Notes: generated by a model from the sequence alone, not told the origin. A stretch of 64,000 nt of DNA from Dehalococcoidia bacterium (GCA_046538235.1 JBKHJG010000001.1:124762-188761); one strand, 5' to 3'. Numbered from the stretch's first letter, positions 19,917 to 29,449 are shown. Numbers and translations are program-made.

Positions 19917-21221
19917 CTATAGTGATCCCAGCGTCTTCACTAGTCTGTCTATTTCCGCCCTGGTATTCATCTCGGTGACGCAGAGCAACATGCCGTTGTC
20001 AACGAGATGGCTTATGTCCAGGCCGCCGATAATCTTCTTCTTGCGCAGGGACTCGTTTATCCGCGATGGCGATACCGGACAGCGAATGGTGAACTCCTTG
20101 AAGAAAGGTTGGGGGAAGACCAGAGAATATCCTTTCAGCTTGCCTATCTCCCGGGCCGCATAGTGGGCCTTGTGATAGCACAATTCAGCTATCTGTCTCA
20201 GTCCCGTCTTGCCCACTGCGGCAAGATAGACGGCCGCCGCCAGCGCCATCAGGGCCTCGCTGGTGCATATATTGGATGTAGCCCGCTCGCGACGAATATG
20301 CTGCTCACGAGTCACCAGGGTCATAACATATCCCGGCTTACCTTCGACATCCACGGTCTTGCCCACAATCCGGCCCGGCATCCGCCGGACATAGTCCTTA
20401 CGACAGGCGAAAACTCCGAGATACGGCCCGCCGAAACTGGTGGGGATGCCCAGAGGCTGTGCCTCAGCGACAGCAATGTCGACTTCGTACTCACCCGGCG
20501 GCTTGAACATGCCCAGGGAGATGGGGTCCACTATGGCGATGAGAAGCGCGCCGGCATCGTGAGCTTTCTCAACACATGCTGCCATCTGTTCGAAGTGGCC
20601 GAAGAAATTCGGTTGCTGGACTATCAGGCAGGCACAGTCCGGGGGGAAGCTGCTTGAGTCAGACTCCAGCGTGACCAGGGGAAGATCCCTGCCCCGGCAA
20701 TAAGTGTCCAGCACATCCCGATATCCCGGGTGCACAGTGACCAACACCGCTACCTTCCTTCTACCGGTTATGGCACAGGCCATCATGGCGGCCTCAGCGG
20801 CCGAGGTGCCGGCATCATACATCCCGGCATTGCTTACCTCCATGCCCGTAAGCTGGCAGACCAGCGACTGGTACTCATAGACCGACTGCAGCGTGCCCTG
20901 GCTGACTTCAGCCTGATAGGGAGTGTAGGCGGTGTAAAACTCGCTGCGCCCGATCAGGTGCTCTACCACACTGGGGATGAAGTGCCGGTAGCTTCCGGCT
21001 CCCAGGAAGCAGGCATAATCATCCAGGTTGGCATTCGACTCCGCCAGCTGGCGAAGCTCCCTTTTGAGTTCAAGCTCGGACAGGGGAGCAGGCAAGCTGA
21101 ACTGGGCATTGCGAAATCTCTCCGGTATGTCCCTGAAAAGCTCTTCGATGGAGCCGACCCCAATGTCCCGAAGCATGGCCTTGCGGTCGGCCTCGGTATT
21201 TGGCAGGTAGGGTAAAGGCAT
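19917..21221 (-). CDS. gcvPA: glycine dehydrogenase (decarboxylating) subunit 1
   Basis: GcvPA pattern. Start placed at MPLPYLPNTEADRKAML with a GGAGCG RBS; the ORF-track upstream extension lacks an RBS. Confidence 0.9.
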   Translation of the reverse strand: MPLPYLPNTEADRKAMLRDIGVGSIEELFRDIPERFRNAQFSLPAPLSELELKRELRQLAESNANLDDYACFLGAGSYRHFIPSVVEHLIGRSEFYTAYTPYQAEVSQGTLQSVYEYQSLVCQLTGMEVSNAGMYDAGTSAAEAAMMACAITGRRKVAVLVTVHPGYRDVLDTYCRGRDLPLVTLESDSSSFPPDCACLIVQQPNFFGHFEQMAACVEKAHDAGALLIAIVDPISLGMFKPPGEYEVDIAVAEAQPLGIPTSFGGPYLGVFACRKDYVRRMPGRIVGKTVDVEGKPGYVMTLVTREQHIRRERATSNICTSEALMALAAAVYLAAVGKTGLRQIAELCYHKAHYAAREIGKLKGYSLVFPQPFFKEFTIRCPVSPSRINESLRKKKIIGGLDISHLVDNGMLLCVTEMNTRAEIDRLVKTLGSL

Positions 21222-21240
21222 CGTATCTGTCGCTCCTTTT

Positions 21241-21642
21241 CTATTCCGCGCCCTCTGCGGATGCTTCGGCCTCGTATTTGTCGTACTCATCGCTATTCAT
21301 CAGCGCATCCAGCTCCGACGGGTCACTCAGTTCCAGTCTGACCAGCCAGCCCGCTCCGTAGGGGTCTTCATTGACCAGCTTGGGCTCATCAACGGCCTTC
21401 TGGTTGATTCCCAGTACTTTCCCGCTGGCCGGCGAGAAGAGATCAGAGACTGCCTTCACCGATTCCACTTCGCCCATCTTCTTGAACTGCTCGACCTGAG
21501 TGCCCGGCGATGGCAGGTCAAGAAAGACGATGTCGCCGAGCTGGGTCTGGGCATAATTAGCAAGCCCCGCTTTCCCCTTCTTCTCGGATTCGAGGAACAG
21601 CCATTCATGCTCCTTTGTGTACTTGTAGTCCTTCGGATTCAT
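21241..21642 (-). CDS. gcvH: glycine cleavage system H protein
   Basis: Lipoyl-lysine context GEVESVKAVSDLFSP. Start at MNPKDYKYTKEHEW. Confidence 0.92.
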   Translation of the reverse strand: MNPKDYKYTKEHEWLFLESEKKGKAGLANYAQTQLGDIVFLDLPSPGTQVEQFKKMGEVESVKAVSDLFSPASGKVLGINQKAVDEPKLVNEDPYGAGWLVRLELSDPSELDALMNSDEYDKYEAEASAEGAE

Positions 21643-21643
21643 C

Positions 21644-22723
21644 TTACCCTCCTTTCTTATAGAACCGCTTGTCAACTGTGTGCGCCGGGACTGGCTTGTT
21701 ACGGATCATTATCTCGATTCCGCCGCCCACGGCCGATAGTTCAGTGGGAACATATCCCAGGCCAATATTAACACCTAGGGTCGGGGCATATCCACCGCTG
21801 GTGACCTTGCCCACCTCCTTGCCGGACACGAAAATGCGGTGGCCCGAGCGGGCTATCTCCCGCCCATCCACCTGGAAGCCGATAAGCTTACGTCCAACAC
21901 CCTGACGCCTGATCTCGAGCAGGGCCTTCTTCCCCACGAAGTCCCCCCTGTCAAGATCCACCAGCCAGCCCAGGTCAGCCTCAAACGGATTGGTGCCGGA
22001 ATCCATGTCCTGCCCGCAGAGCAGCATGCCGGCTTCCAGCCGCAGGCTATCGCGTGCCCCCAGGCCACAGGGCTTCACACCCTGTTCCATGAGGAAATTC
22101 CACAGAGGTATAGCGTCTGCCGACCGGCACCCAAGCTCAAAACCGTCCTCTCCGGTATATCCTGTTCTGGCCGCAGACACTCTCATGCCGCCTACCTCTG
22201 TCTCAGCATGGCCGAAGCGGGGTAGATGAGATATGCCGCCAAAGCTCTTCAGGCCGGCAACGGCCGGACCTTGAACGGCCACCATAGCGGTGTCTGCCGA
22301 CACATCATCGATAGCAATTTCAGGGTCGGAGCCCGACCAGCGGGACAGCCAGTCACGCTTCTGCTCGATATTGGCCGCATTCCAGACTATCAGATATTGG
22401 TCGGCCGTCACACGGAATACCCATAGGTCATCCAGGATGCCCCCGTTCTCCAGACACATCAGCGAGAGGTGAGATGAACCTGCCTCCAGTTTCTGGGCCG
22501 GCCTGGTCAGTATCCTGTCCAGGAAAACGCCCGATTTCTTCCCGGTTACCCACACCCTCCCCATATCGGAGACATCAAACATGCCTGCCGCAGTACGAAC
22601 GGTCTTATGCTCCTCCAGGATGGAAGTGTACCAAGCGGGCAACTCCCAGTCCGCGAAATCCATCATCCTGGCCTTCAAATCGTGGTGGACCCTGTTAAGA
22701 GGTGTTTTCTTCAACCGTGCCAT
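21644..22723 (-). CDS. gcvT: aminomethyltransferase (glycine cleavage T protein)
   Basis: AGMFDVSDMGRVWVTG signature. Start at MARLKKTPL with a GGGAG RBS. Confidence 0.92.
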   Translation of the reverse strand: MARLKKTPLNRVHHDLKARMMDFADWELPAWYTSILEEHKTVRTAAGMFDVSDMGRVWVTGKKSGVFLDRILTRPAQKLEAGSSHLSLMCLENGGILDDLWVFRVTADQYLIVWNAANIEQKRDWLSRWSGSDPEIAIDDVSADTAMVAVQGPAVAGLKSFGGISHLPRFGHAETEVGGMRVSAARTGYTGEDGFELGCRSADAIPLWNFLMEQGVKPCGLGARDSLRLEAGMLLCGQDMDSGTNPFEADLGWLVDLDRGDFVGKKALLEIRRQGVGRKLIGFQVDGREIARSGHRIFVSGKEVGKVTSGGYAPTLGVNIGLGYVPTELSAVGGGIEIMIRNKPVPAHTVDKRFYKKGG

Positions 22724-22774
22724 TTCTCGATCTCCCTTATTACAAGTTGCCTGAACGATTTCATCGGCTTGCCC

Positions 22775-22994
22775 AACAACAAGGGGCAATCTGTGCTAGA
22801 CAGATTGCCCCTGTCCTGTTACCTGAGAGCTTGCCCGCCAGCCACTTGCGGGCTTACACCTTCGGTGACCTCATGTCGAGGTCTCTCCAGGGATTTCTGC
22901 CTGCGGTAGTCCTTTTGCCTGAGAGTTTCAAGACCTCCCACCGGTGCTCTGTCTCTTGCCCCTTCGGCTCCCCTTGTGAGGCATCTCCTACCGC
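22775..22994 (-). promoter_or_regulatory. tandem glycine riboswitch (two aptamers) with a terminator-type expression platform, in the gcvT leader
   Basis: Minus-strand reading gives aptamer 1: GCGGUAG-GAGAUGCCUCACAAGGGGAGCCGAAGGGGCAA...AAACUCUCAGGCAAAAGGACUACCGC. Aptamer 2: CUGGAGAGACCUCGACAUGAGGUCACCGAAGG...GCUCUCAGGUAACAGGACAG. These are followed by a perfect hairpin GGGGCAAUCUG-ucuagca-CAGAUUGCCCC and UUGUUGUU. Confidence 0.88.
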
Positions 22995-23015
22995 AAGTCA
23001 ACAATCGTAACTAAG

Positions 23016-23043
23016 CTTATAGCATGCTGCGCATAGTTGTCAA
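23016..23043 (-). promoter_or_regulatory. sigma70-like promoter of the gcv operon (TTGACA-16-TATAAG)
   Basis: Minus-strand TTGACA (plus 23038-23043) and TATAAG (plus 23016-21), placing the TSS a few nt before riboswitch P1. Confidence 0.55.
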
Positions 23044-23048
23044 CAGGT

Positions 23049-24308
23049 CGAATTGCGTCAAAATTGATGTTACCGAAAGGAGGTAAGGTGACACGACGCA
23101 GCATAGCAGAATACGGTGAGGCGGTGCGGGTGCGTTATGCCCGGGCCAGTAAGAAGGAAAAGACAGGGATACTGGACGAGTTTGTGGCTACCACGCGTAT
23201 GCACCGAAAGGCGGTGATAAGGTTACTGAATCGGAGGGGTAGGCCCTCAGGGAGGAGAAAGAGAGGGCGTCCCAGGTTATACGGACATGAGGCGATGGCA
23301 GCACTTAAGGCGGTATGGGAAGCTAGCGACTGCTTGTGCTCCAGGCGTCTGCAGCCCTTTCTGCCGGAACTGATCGACGTGCTGAAGAGATGCGGTGAGC
23401 TTACAATGAGCAGGGAGACGGAGGCCCAGCTTTGCCAGATGAGTCAATCGACTATAGACCGTCTGCTGCACTGCTGGCGGAGGAGTAGTACACGACGTGG
23501 TCTAAGCACTACCAAACCAGGCACACTGTTGAAGAATTCGATTCCGATCAGGACTTTCGGTGATTGGAGTGAGAACAAACCTGGTTTTCTGGAGGCTGAC
23601 CTTGTAGCTCACTGTGGAGAGAGCACGGAAGGCTTTTATCTCACCACATTGTCCACCGTGGATGTGGCCACCGGCTGGTGTGAGCCAATTGCGGTATGGG
23701 GCAAAGGCCAGGACCGTGTTGGCGGCGCCGTCTACCGTGTGAGCAAGCAGCTCCCCATGCCAATGCTTGGCTTGGACTCAGACAATGGCAGCGAATTCAT
23801 CAACCAAAGCCTCTACAACTACTGTCAGCGCAATGGTATCGTCTTTACCAGGTCACGCTCCTACAAGAAGAATGATAGTTGTCATGTTGAGCAGAAGAAC
23901 TGGACAGTGGTAAGACGGGTAATAGGCTATGACCGCTTCAGTTCCAGGGCAGCATTGCAGGCCCTGGGGGATGTCTATGCTGTGCTGCGGTTGTATATCA
24001 ACTTCTTCCAGCCGGCCTCGAAACTGGTGAGAAAGAGCCGGCATGGAGCCAGGGTCTACAAGGTCTATGATACTGCCCGGACACCTTACCAGCGCCTGCT
24101 CGAAAGTGGAGTACTAACTGAGAATAAGAAGCGCGAGCTGGCTGATCTGTACGCCACCCTCAACCCGGTAACCCTCCTAAAAGAGATCGAACGATCGGTA
24201 GATCATCTCTGCACCCTGGCTGAAAGGCAGGCGGTACAATCAGTTCGGTAACAATAATTATGACGCAACAAGGAGCACTTCGGTAACACTTACTTTTGAC
24301 GCAACACG
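23049..24308 (+). mobile_element. insertion sequence (~1260 bp) with ~31-bp imperfect terminal inverted repeats and a 5-bp CAGGT target-site duplication
   Basis: Left end cgaaTTGCGTCAAAAttgatGTTACCGAAg versus reverse complement of right end cgtgTTGCGTCAAAAgtaagtGTTACCGAAg. CAGGT at 23044-48 and 24309-13 flanks both ends. A single transposase ORF lies inside. Confidence 0.75.
23088..24251 (+). CDS. DDE-type transposase (integrase-core/rve fold; IS481/ISNCY-like, family not resolved)
   Basis: DDE catalytic residues in the contexts EADLVAHCGES..., GLDSDNGSEF and HVEQKNWTVVRR. N-terminal HTH region. GTG start 8 nt after AAAGGAGGT inside the left inverted repeat. Confidence 0.8.
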   Translation: MTRRSIAEYGEAVRVRYARASKKEKTGILDEFVATTRMHRKAVIRLLNRRGRPSGRRKRGRPRLYGHEAMAALKAVWEASDCLCSRRLQPFLPELIDVLKRCGELTMSRETEAQLCQMSQSTIDRLLHCWRRSSTRRGLSTTKPGTLLKNSIPIRTFGDWSENKPGFLEADLVAHCGESTEGFYLTTLSTVDVATGWCEPIAVWGKGQDRVGGAVYRVSKQLPMPMLGLDSDNGSEFINQSLYNYCQRNGIVFTRSRSYKKNDSCHVEQKNWTVVRRVIGYDRFSSRAALQALGDVYAVLRLYINFFQPASKLVRKSRHGARVYKVYDTARTPYQRLLESGVLTENKKRELADLYATLNPVTLLKEIERSVDHLCTLAERQAVQSVR

Positions 24309-24405
24309 CAGGTGATTTAGCGGTCCCAGTACGTGTGTGTTACAATAGGCGGGAGCTGTCGTCCCGCCTGTAGGGCAGGGCTAGGGTCATTGTTCGGAGG
24401 TACCT

Positions 24406-25701
24406 ATGATTTACTGGGCCCAATTACTGCACTTCTATCAGCCACCGACCCAGGTACCATCGGTGCTGAAGAAGATATGTGACGAATCATACCGTCCCTT
24501 ACTCCAGGTCTTTGAGGACTACCCCAACGCCCGGGCAACCGTGAACTTCAACGGTGTCCTGACCGATATGCTGATGGACTGCGGCCATGGAGATGTAATC
24601 GATGGCTTGAGAGGCCTTGCCGAGAAGGGCCAACTCGAATTCACCGGAACCGGCAAGTACCACCCTATTCTGCCGCTCATACCCAAAGAGGAAGTCAAGA
24701 GGCAGATAGATCTGAACACACAGACCAGTCGCCGCTTCTTTGGCAAGGCATACGCGCCCCAGGGATTCTTCCCCCCGGAGATGTGCTACAGCCAGGACAT
24801 ACTGCAGCCTGTAGTCAAGTCAGGGCATCGCTGGATCATCCTCAGCGGTATTGCCTGCCCGGCAGAATGGCCGGTGGATACCGTCTGCAAGGCGGAGTGT
24901 GATGGACAGGAGATAGCCGTCTTCTTCCGCGACGACGTGCTCAGCAACAGGATAAGCTTTCAGGACCTGAAGGCGACGGAGTTCCTTGCCCACCTTGAAC
25001 AGTGGCAGGGCGAGAGAGAGAGCATCTATGTGGTCACGGCCATGGACGCCGAGACCTATGGCCACCACATTCAAGACTGGGAAAAGACATTCCTGGCCAG
25101 AGTCTACCAAGAACTGGAAGCAACTGCCGGGCCCGTTGAGGAGGTCAGGCAGGCCAAGGCGCTGGCCGGACAGCACGCCGCCCTTCTGACCAACGGCGAA
25201 GCCGCCGGCCAGATACAGATGGCTACTATCAGCCAGCTCCTCGACCTCTTTCCGCAGGGCCCTACGATAGAGCCCAGGCCCTCCTCCTGGAGCACCACGG
25301 CCGATGATATGGAGGCCGGTGATTACTATCCCCTGTGGCAGGACAAGAATAATGAAGTACATCGTCTGCAGTGGGAACACCTCGGCATCTGCATTGAGCT
25401 GGTGAACAAAGCTCTCCAATGTGCCGATAATGATGAGAGCCGGCACTCTGCCGCCATTGCCCGGGGACTCCTGGATCGCGCCGAGCACAGCTGCCAGATG
25501 TGGTGGGCCAGTAATCGCCCTATGTGGGACATCAACCTCATCCATATGGGCTTGCTCGACCAGCTGCGGACCATAGTCAACGCCTACCGAGCTATAAACA
25601 AGAGCGGGGCCGGAGACGACACGAAGCGAGAGTATTACTACCGCACGATTGCTGCCAGGGATATCAGAAACAAGCTGGAAGACCGTCTGTTCGTGCAGTA
25701 G
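24406..25701 (+). CDS. glycoside hydrolase family 57 protein (short form, 431 aa)
   Basis: Collinear with T. litoralis GH57 4-alpha-glucanotransferase regions. LHFYQPP corresponds to HNHQP, SYRPLLQVFEDYP to SYRPFMEILEEFP, and EKGQLEFTGTGKYHPILPLIPKEE to KRGQLEIV..FYEP.L..IPKED. Nucleophile Glu in FPPEMCY; acid/base Asp in MDAETYGHH. Confidence 0.8.
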   Translation: MIYWAQLLHFYQPPTQVPSVLKKICDESYRPLLQVFEDYPNARATVNFNGVLTDMLMDCGHGDVIDGLRGLAEKGQLEFTGTGKYHPILPLIPKEEVKRQIDLNTQTSRRFFGKAYAPQGFFPPEMCYSQDILQPVVKSGHRWIILSGIACPAEWPVDTVCKAECDGQEIAVFFRDDVLSNRISFQDLKATEFLAHLEQWQGERESIYVVTAMDAETYGHHIQDWEKTFLARVYQELEATAGPVEEVRQAKALAGQHAALLTNGEAAGQIQMATISQLLDLFPQGPTIEPRPSSWSTTADDMEAGDYYPLWQDKNNEVHRLQWEHLGICIELVNKALQCADNDESRHSAAIARGLLDRAEHSCQMWWASNRPMWDINLIHMGLLDQLRTIVNAYRAINKSGAGDDTKREYYYRTIAARDIRNKLEDRLFVQ

Positions 25702-25719
25702 CATGCTGAGGAGAGGGCC

Positions 25720-26949
25720 ATGTACTGGAGCAACTTTCTTCACATCTATCAACCACCCACCCAGACCGAGGAGATAGTCCGCAAGGTCACCGAGGAGAGC
25801 TATCGGACGCTGGTGCGCGTGCTGAGGGAGGCGCCATATGCCAAAATCACGCTCAACATAAACGCGGTCCTCACCGAACAGCTGGCAAGGCATGGGCTCG
25901 ATGACGTGATCCAGGGTCTTCGCCAGCTGGCCGAGCGAGGCCAGATTGAGTTCACCGGGAGCGCCATGTACCATCCTATCCTGCCGCTTATTCCCAGGGA
26001 CGAGGTTATCCGACAGATCAAGCTCAACAGCGATGTCAACAGGCGCCATTTCGGGGAAGCGTATAACCCTGCAGGCTTCTTCCCCCCGGAGATGTGCTAT
26101 AGCTACGAGGTAGCCCGGACGGTGGCCGACCTCGGCTTTCGCTGGATAGTCGTGGATGAACTTTCGTTCAAGGGTAAGATTGGCTCCGTTAAGTACGACC
26201 GACTTTACGGGATAGAAGGGCTGGAGGACTTCCTGGTGTTCTTCAAGGAACGCCCTTTCAGCGCCGGTATAACCTACGGCGCATATCCCTCGGCAGGACC
26301 CTTTCTGGCAGGCCTGAAAGATAGGTTAGATGAGCATAGTTACCTTCTCACGGGCACCGATGGCGAGGTCTACGGGCATCATCGGCCGGGGCAGGAGAAG
26401 CTGCTTTCGGAGGTGTTTGCCTGCGGACTGCCTGAGACCTGCACCGTATCGGAGCTCATCGAGCACTTCACTAAGGTAGATACCGTGAAGCCGGTCTCGT
26501 CCTCGTGGAGCACCTGGGAGGATGAGGCGGCACAGGGCATACCTTATCCTCAGTGGCAGTATCCGGGGCATGTCTTGCACGAGTTGCAGTGGCAGCTCAC
26601 CGGGCTTGCGCTGCAAGCTGTCAGAAAGGCTCCGTCAACGTCGCCCGGGTTTTCCGAGGCACGCAGACTCCTGGATGAGGGACTGCATAGCTGCCAGTAC
26701 TGGTGGGCCAGCTGCCGGCCGTGGTGGAGCGTGGAAATGGTCGAGTGGGGTGCTCAGAAGCTATACCAGGCTGTGGAGGCGCTGGGGGAGGCCATCGACA
26801 GAAAGCAGAGAGAAGAAGCCGGCAGGCTGTTCCAGGCAGTAGTGGCCAAGGCAAGAGAATGGCAGGAGTCAGGAGAAGCCCAGCGTCTGAAGCAGCGATA
26901 CAGAAAGGAACACCCCGAGGTCTCATCGGAACTGACCTTCGGCGGTTAG
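25720..26949 (+). CDS. glycoside hydrolase family 57 protein (paralog, 409 aa)
   Basis: Paralog of the previous ORF. LHIYQPP, RGQIEFTGSAMYHPILPLIPRDE, FPPEMCYSYE, TGTDGEVYGHH. Confidence 0.8.
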   Translation: MYWSNFLHIYQPPTQTEEIVRKVTEESYRTLVRVLREAPYAKITLNINAVLTEQLARHGLDDVIQGLRQLAERGQIEFTGSAMYHPILPLIPRDEVIRQIKLNSDVNRRHFGEAYNPAGFFPPEMCYSYEVARTVADLGFRWIVVDELSFKGKIGSVKYDRLYGIEGLEDFLVFFKERPFSAGITYGAYPSAGPFLAGLKDRLDEHSYLLTGTDGEVYGHHRPGQEKLLSEVFACGLPETCTVSELIEHFTKVDTVKPVSSSWSTWEDEAAQGIPYPQWQYPGHVLHELQWQLTGLALQAVRKAPSTSPGFSEARRLLDEGLHSCQYWWASCRPWWSVEMVEWGAQKLYQAVEALGEAIDRKQREEAGRLFQAVVAKAREWQESGEAQRLKQRYRKEHPEVSSELTFGG

Positions 26950-26962
26950 AGAGCGGATTACT

Positions 26963-28855
26963 ATGAAGCGTGCCTACGTCATTCTTGCCTTCCACGCCCA
27001 TGAGCCGCTGTGGGACCTGCCCAATGAACTCATCGCCCTGGTGGATGACCCTGAAATACGCGATGCCATTCGGGGAGAGAACTATGTGCTGAAGCGGGCG
27101 GGAGAACAACGCGACATATACGCCCATCTGGTACAGACGGCAGAATCGCTGGGGGCACCGGTAACGCTGGATATCACCAATGAACTCCTGGTGCAGCTGG
27201 CCTGGTACATGCCGGAGACGTTCCAGAACCTGGCGGCAGCTTACAAGAACGGCACCATATACCCCCTGTACACTCACGCCCACCATACGCACGCCGCCTT
27301 ACTCACCTCCGATGAGATAGCTGATGAGCTCCGCCTCAACATGGAACTGCTTCACGATGTCATGGGTATCCCTGAGCCTAGACATCGTGGTGCCTTTCCC
27401 ACGGAAGGCTCGGTGGATGCAGCCAAGCTCGTTGCCTATAAAGACAGCGGCATGGAGTATATCGTCTTTCCCCGCCTGGGCGACCGTAAGGCGCATTTCA
27501 CCATAGACGGCCAAGGCGACGTCCAATACCGTGCCTTTATAGTGGGACCCGATATGCTGGCGCTGCCCCGCCATTTCACCGTTTCCCAGTACATCTGGCG
27601 GCCGATAACCCGATATGACCCCCAGGGCGTAAAGAACCAGGGATACATCCTGGGAAGGTACTGGGTGTTCGCCGAAGAATATCGCAGCAAGTCTTACCTT
27701 CCCTTCCCCGTATCCTGGGAGGACGCCGTAGCCGAGTATACCGCAGTACTGGAAAATGCGGTGGCGGAACTGCCTGACGGGGGCCTGATCCTCTACATCC
27801 AGGACCTGGAGCTAATGGACTTCGGTGATATCGCCCTCCGCATAATGGAGCAGTCCTGCAAGGACCTGGTCAGCAGGAAGACCGTCGACCTGCGATTTGT
27901 AACTCCCGACGACTACCTGGAGAGCCTGGGCGATACGGCGAAGCTGCCTCGCGTGCGCTTCCACCAGATCTCCTGGGCGCCTGAGATGCGCCTGGTACTG
28001 CGCTCCGACGGTCACTATCCGCCGCGTAATGCCGGCCAGTTCAACGGTCTGGACCTTGAGGAGGCGGTCTTCAAGCACCTGCCCTTCGTACTCTGGGAGA
28101 CCGGTCGCTTTCTGACAAACATCTATGGCGCAGTCCTCGACGCCTTCGGCATGCCCAAGCAGCTAGCCACAGATGCAGCCTCGCTCCACAATACGAGATA
28201 CGCCATCCCTCGCTTCGATTTCAAAGAGCAGGCGGGCCTGCACTACCGGCTCATCAAGCGCGCCTGCAACTGGGGCTGGCGGCCCGAAGAGGGACGGCAG
28301 AAGAGGCCCTTCCTGCATGGCTATCGCCTTTCAGACCTTCTCCTGGGCACGACGCCCGAGGATATCGCCTTTGCTGCCACCAGATACGTGCACCCCGGTG
28401 ACGCCATTTACCTGGGAGCGGAGCGCATTCTGGAGTTCCTCCTCGATGCCAGGTTCGCCTACCTGAGAATCGGCATCCAGGAGCGCGGTCTTGCCGGCGA
28501 GCAGAGGGATGCGGCCCTGCTGGATATCGAACGGGGACAGAGCCACCGTGTCATTGCCACGGAGTTCATCCACCGCGCACTCGAGGCCAGCCGCTCAGTC
28601 GAATCGGCAGGCACTACCGACGGAAAGAGCGAAGCCCTGAACCGCCTCATCCGCGAACTGAAGGGCTATTGCCGGGAGGTCTTCGTGGCCACCGACCATG
28701 CACAGCGTGCCTGGGGCCATATCACCGACATAGACTCCATGATACTGACGATGTACGAGCACCTGTACGGGGTTTATCCCCCCGGGTTTCCCGCCCTGTT
28801 CAGAGAACTCTTTCCTCAGGAGTGGGAAGCCCGGCAGAACCCCAGGCTGCTTTGA
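26963..28855 (+). CDS. GH57-like protein (630 aa; divergent, HAHEP N-terminal motif as in GH57 branching-type enzymes)
   Basis: N-terminus AYVILAFHAHEPLW resembles the GH57 region I (HxHxP). Putative Glu in AFPTEGSVD. Less secure than the two preceding ORFs. Confidence 0.5.
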   Translation: MKRAYVILAFHAHEPLWDLPNELIALVDDPEIRDAIRGENYVLKRAGEQRDIYAHLVQTAESLGAPVTLDITNELLVQLAWYMPETFQNLAAAYKNGTIYPLYTHAHHTHAALLTSDEIADELRLNMELLHDVMGIPEPRHRGAFPTEGSVDAAKLVAYKDSGMEYIVFPRLGDRKAHFTIDGQGDVQYRAFIVGPDMLALPRHFTVSQYIWRPITRYDPQGVKNQGYILGRYWVFAEEYRSKSYLPFPVSWEDAVAEYTAVLENAVAELPDGGLILYIQDLELMDFGDIALRIMEQSCKDLVSRKTVDLRFVTPDDYLESLGDTAKLPRVRFHQISWAPEMRLVLRSDGHYPPRNAGQFNGLDLEEAVFKHLPFVLWETGRFLTNIYGAVLDAFGMPKQLATDAASLHNTRYAIPRFDFKEQAGLHYRLIKRACNWGWRPEEGRQKRPFLHGYRLSDLLLGTTPEDIAFAATRYVHPGDAIYLGAERILEFLLDARFAYLRIGIQERGLAGEQRDAALLDIERGQSHRVIATEFIHRALEASRSVESAGTTDGKSEALNRLIRELKGYCREVFVATDHAQRAWGHITDIDSMILTMYEHLYGVYPPGFPALFRELFPQEWEARQNPRLL

Positions 28856-28897
28856 ATCTGCGGCAAAGGACACTCCGAGTGATGCACCAAGACGCTG

Positions 28898-29209
28898 TTA
28901 TAGTTTGCTTTCCAGAAAGGAGACCCTCTCTGCTACCGCCTTGCCGGCCTGGCCAGGCGATTTGGCCCTGGCCAGGTCCTTCGCCAGCTTCTCGTCCCCT
29001 ATCACTTCCCTGACCCAGTTGGCGAAATCGCTTCGCCCCTGGCCCGAGTGATGATCAAAGCTCTCAGCACTCATCTCATTCAGAGCGCTCCCAAGCTCCC
29101 TGAGGTTCTTTATGAGCCTGCCATCACGGCACCAGAAGCGTTTGTCATCAGGCACATCTGCCAGACGCCTGCTTGCCTCTTCCTTACTGATCCTGACGAT
29201 CTTCGCCAT
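28898..29209 (-). CDS. hypothetical protein (103 aa)
   Basis: GGAGG RBS 9 nt upstream of ATG. No recognisable family. Confidence 0.55.
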   Translation of the reverse strand: MAKIVRISKEEASRRLADVPDDKRFWCRDGRLIKNLRELGSALNEMSAESFDHHSGQGRSDFANWVREVIGDEKLAKDLARAKSPGQAGKAVAERVSFLESKL

Positions 29210-29393
29210 ATTCGCCTACCTCCTGAACTGATACTGTGTTCACATTTTATCATATAAATCGGGACCACACTGCCCACCATATGAGCAGGCCTCTGCTGGA
29301 ATCGGCCACATCTACAGCCGCACCTGGGGGTGAGCGAACTACTGCCGGCGTTCGCATCGCTTCCGCCAGGAGCTACAGAACCATCCACCCACG

Positions 29394-29429
29394 ACTCAGG
29401 GGTGGGAGAGGTAGCCCTCCCACCCCTGA
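29394..29429 (-). promoter_or_regulatory. perfect 14-bp GC-rich hairpin (CTCAGGGGTGGGAG-aggtagcc-CTCCCACCCCTGAG) in the leader of the 103-aa gene
   Basis: Seen directly. Not followed by a U-run on either strand. Lies just downstream of the short PGAPK uORF on the minus strand. Confidence 0.5.
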
Positions 29430-29449
29430 GCTGCCGGGCCGGGGATCAC

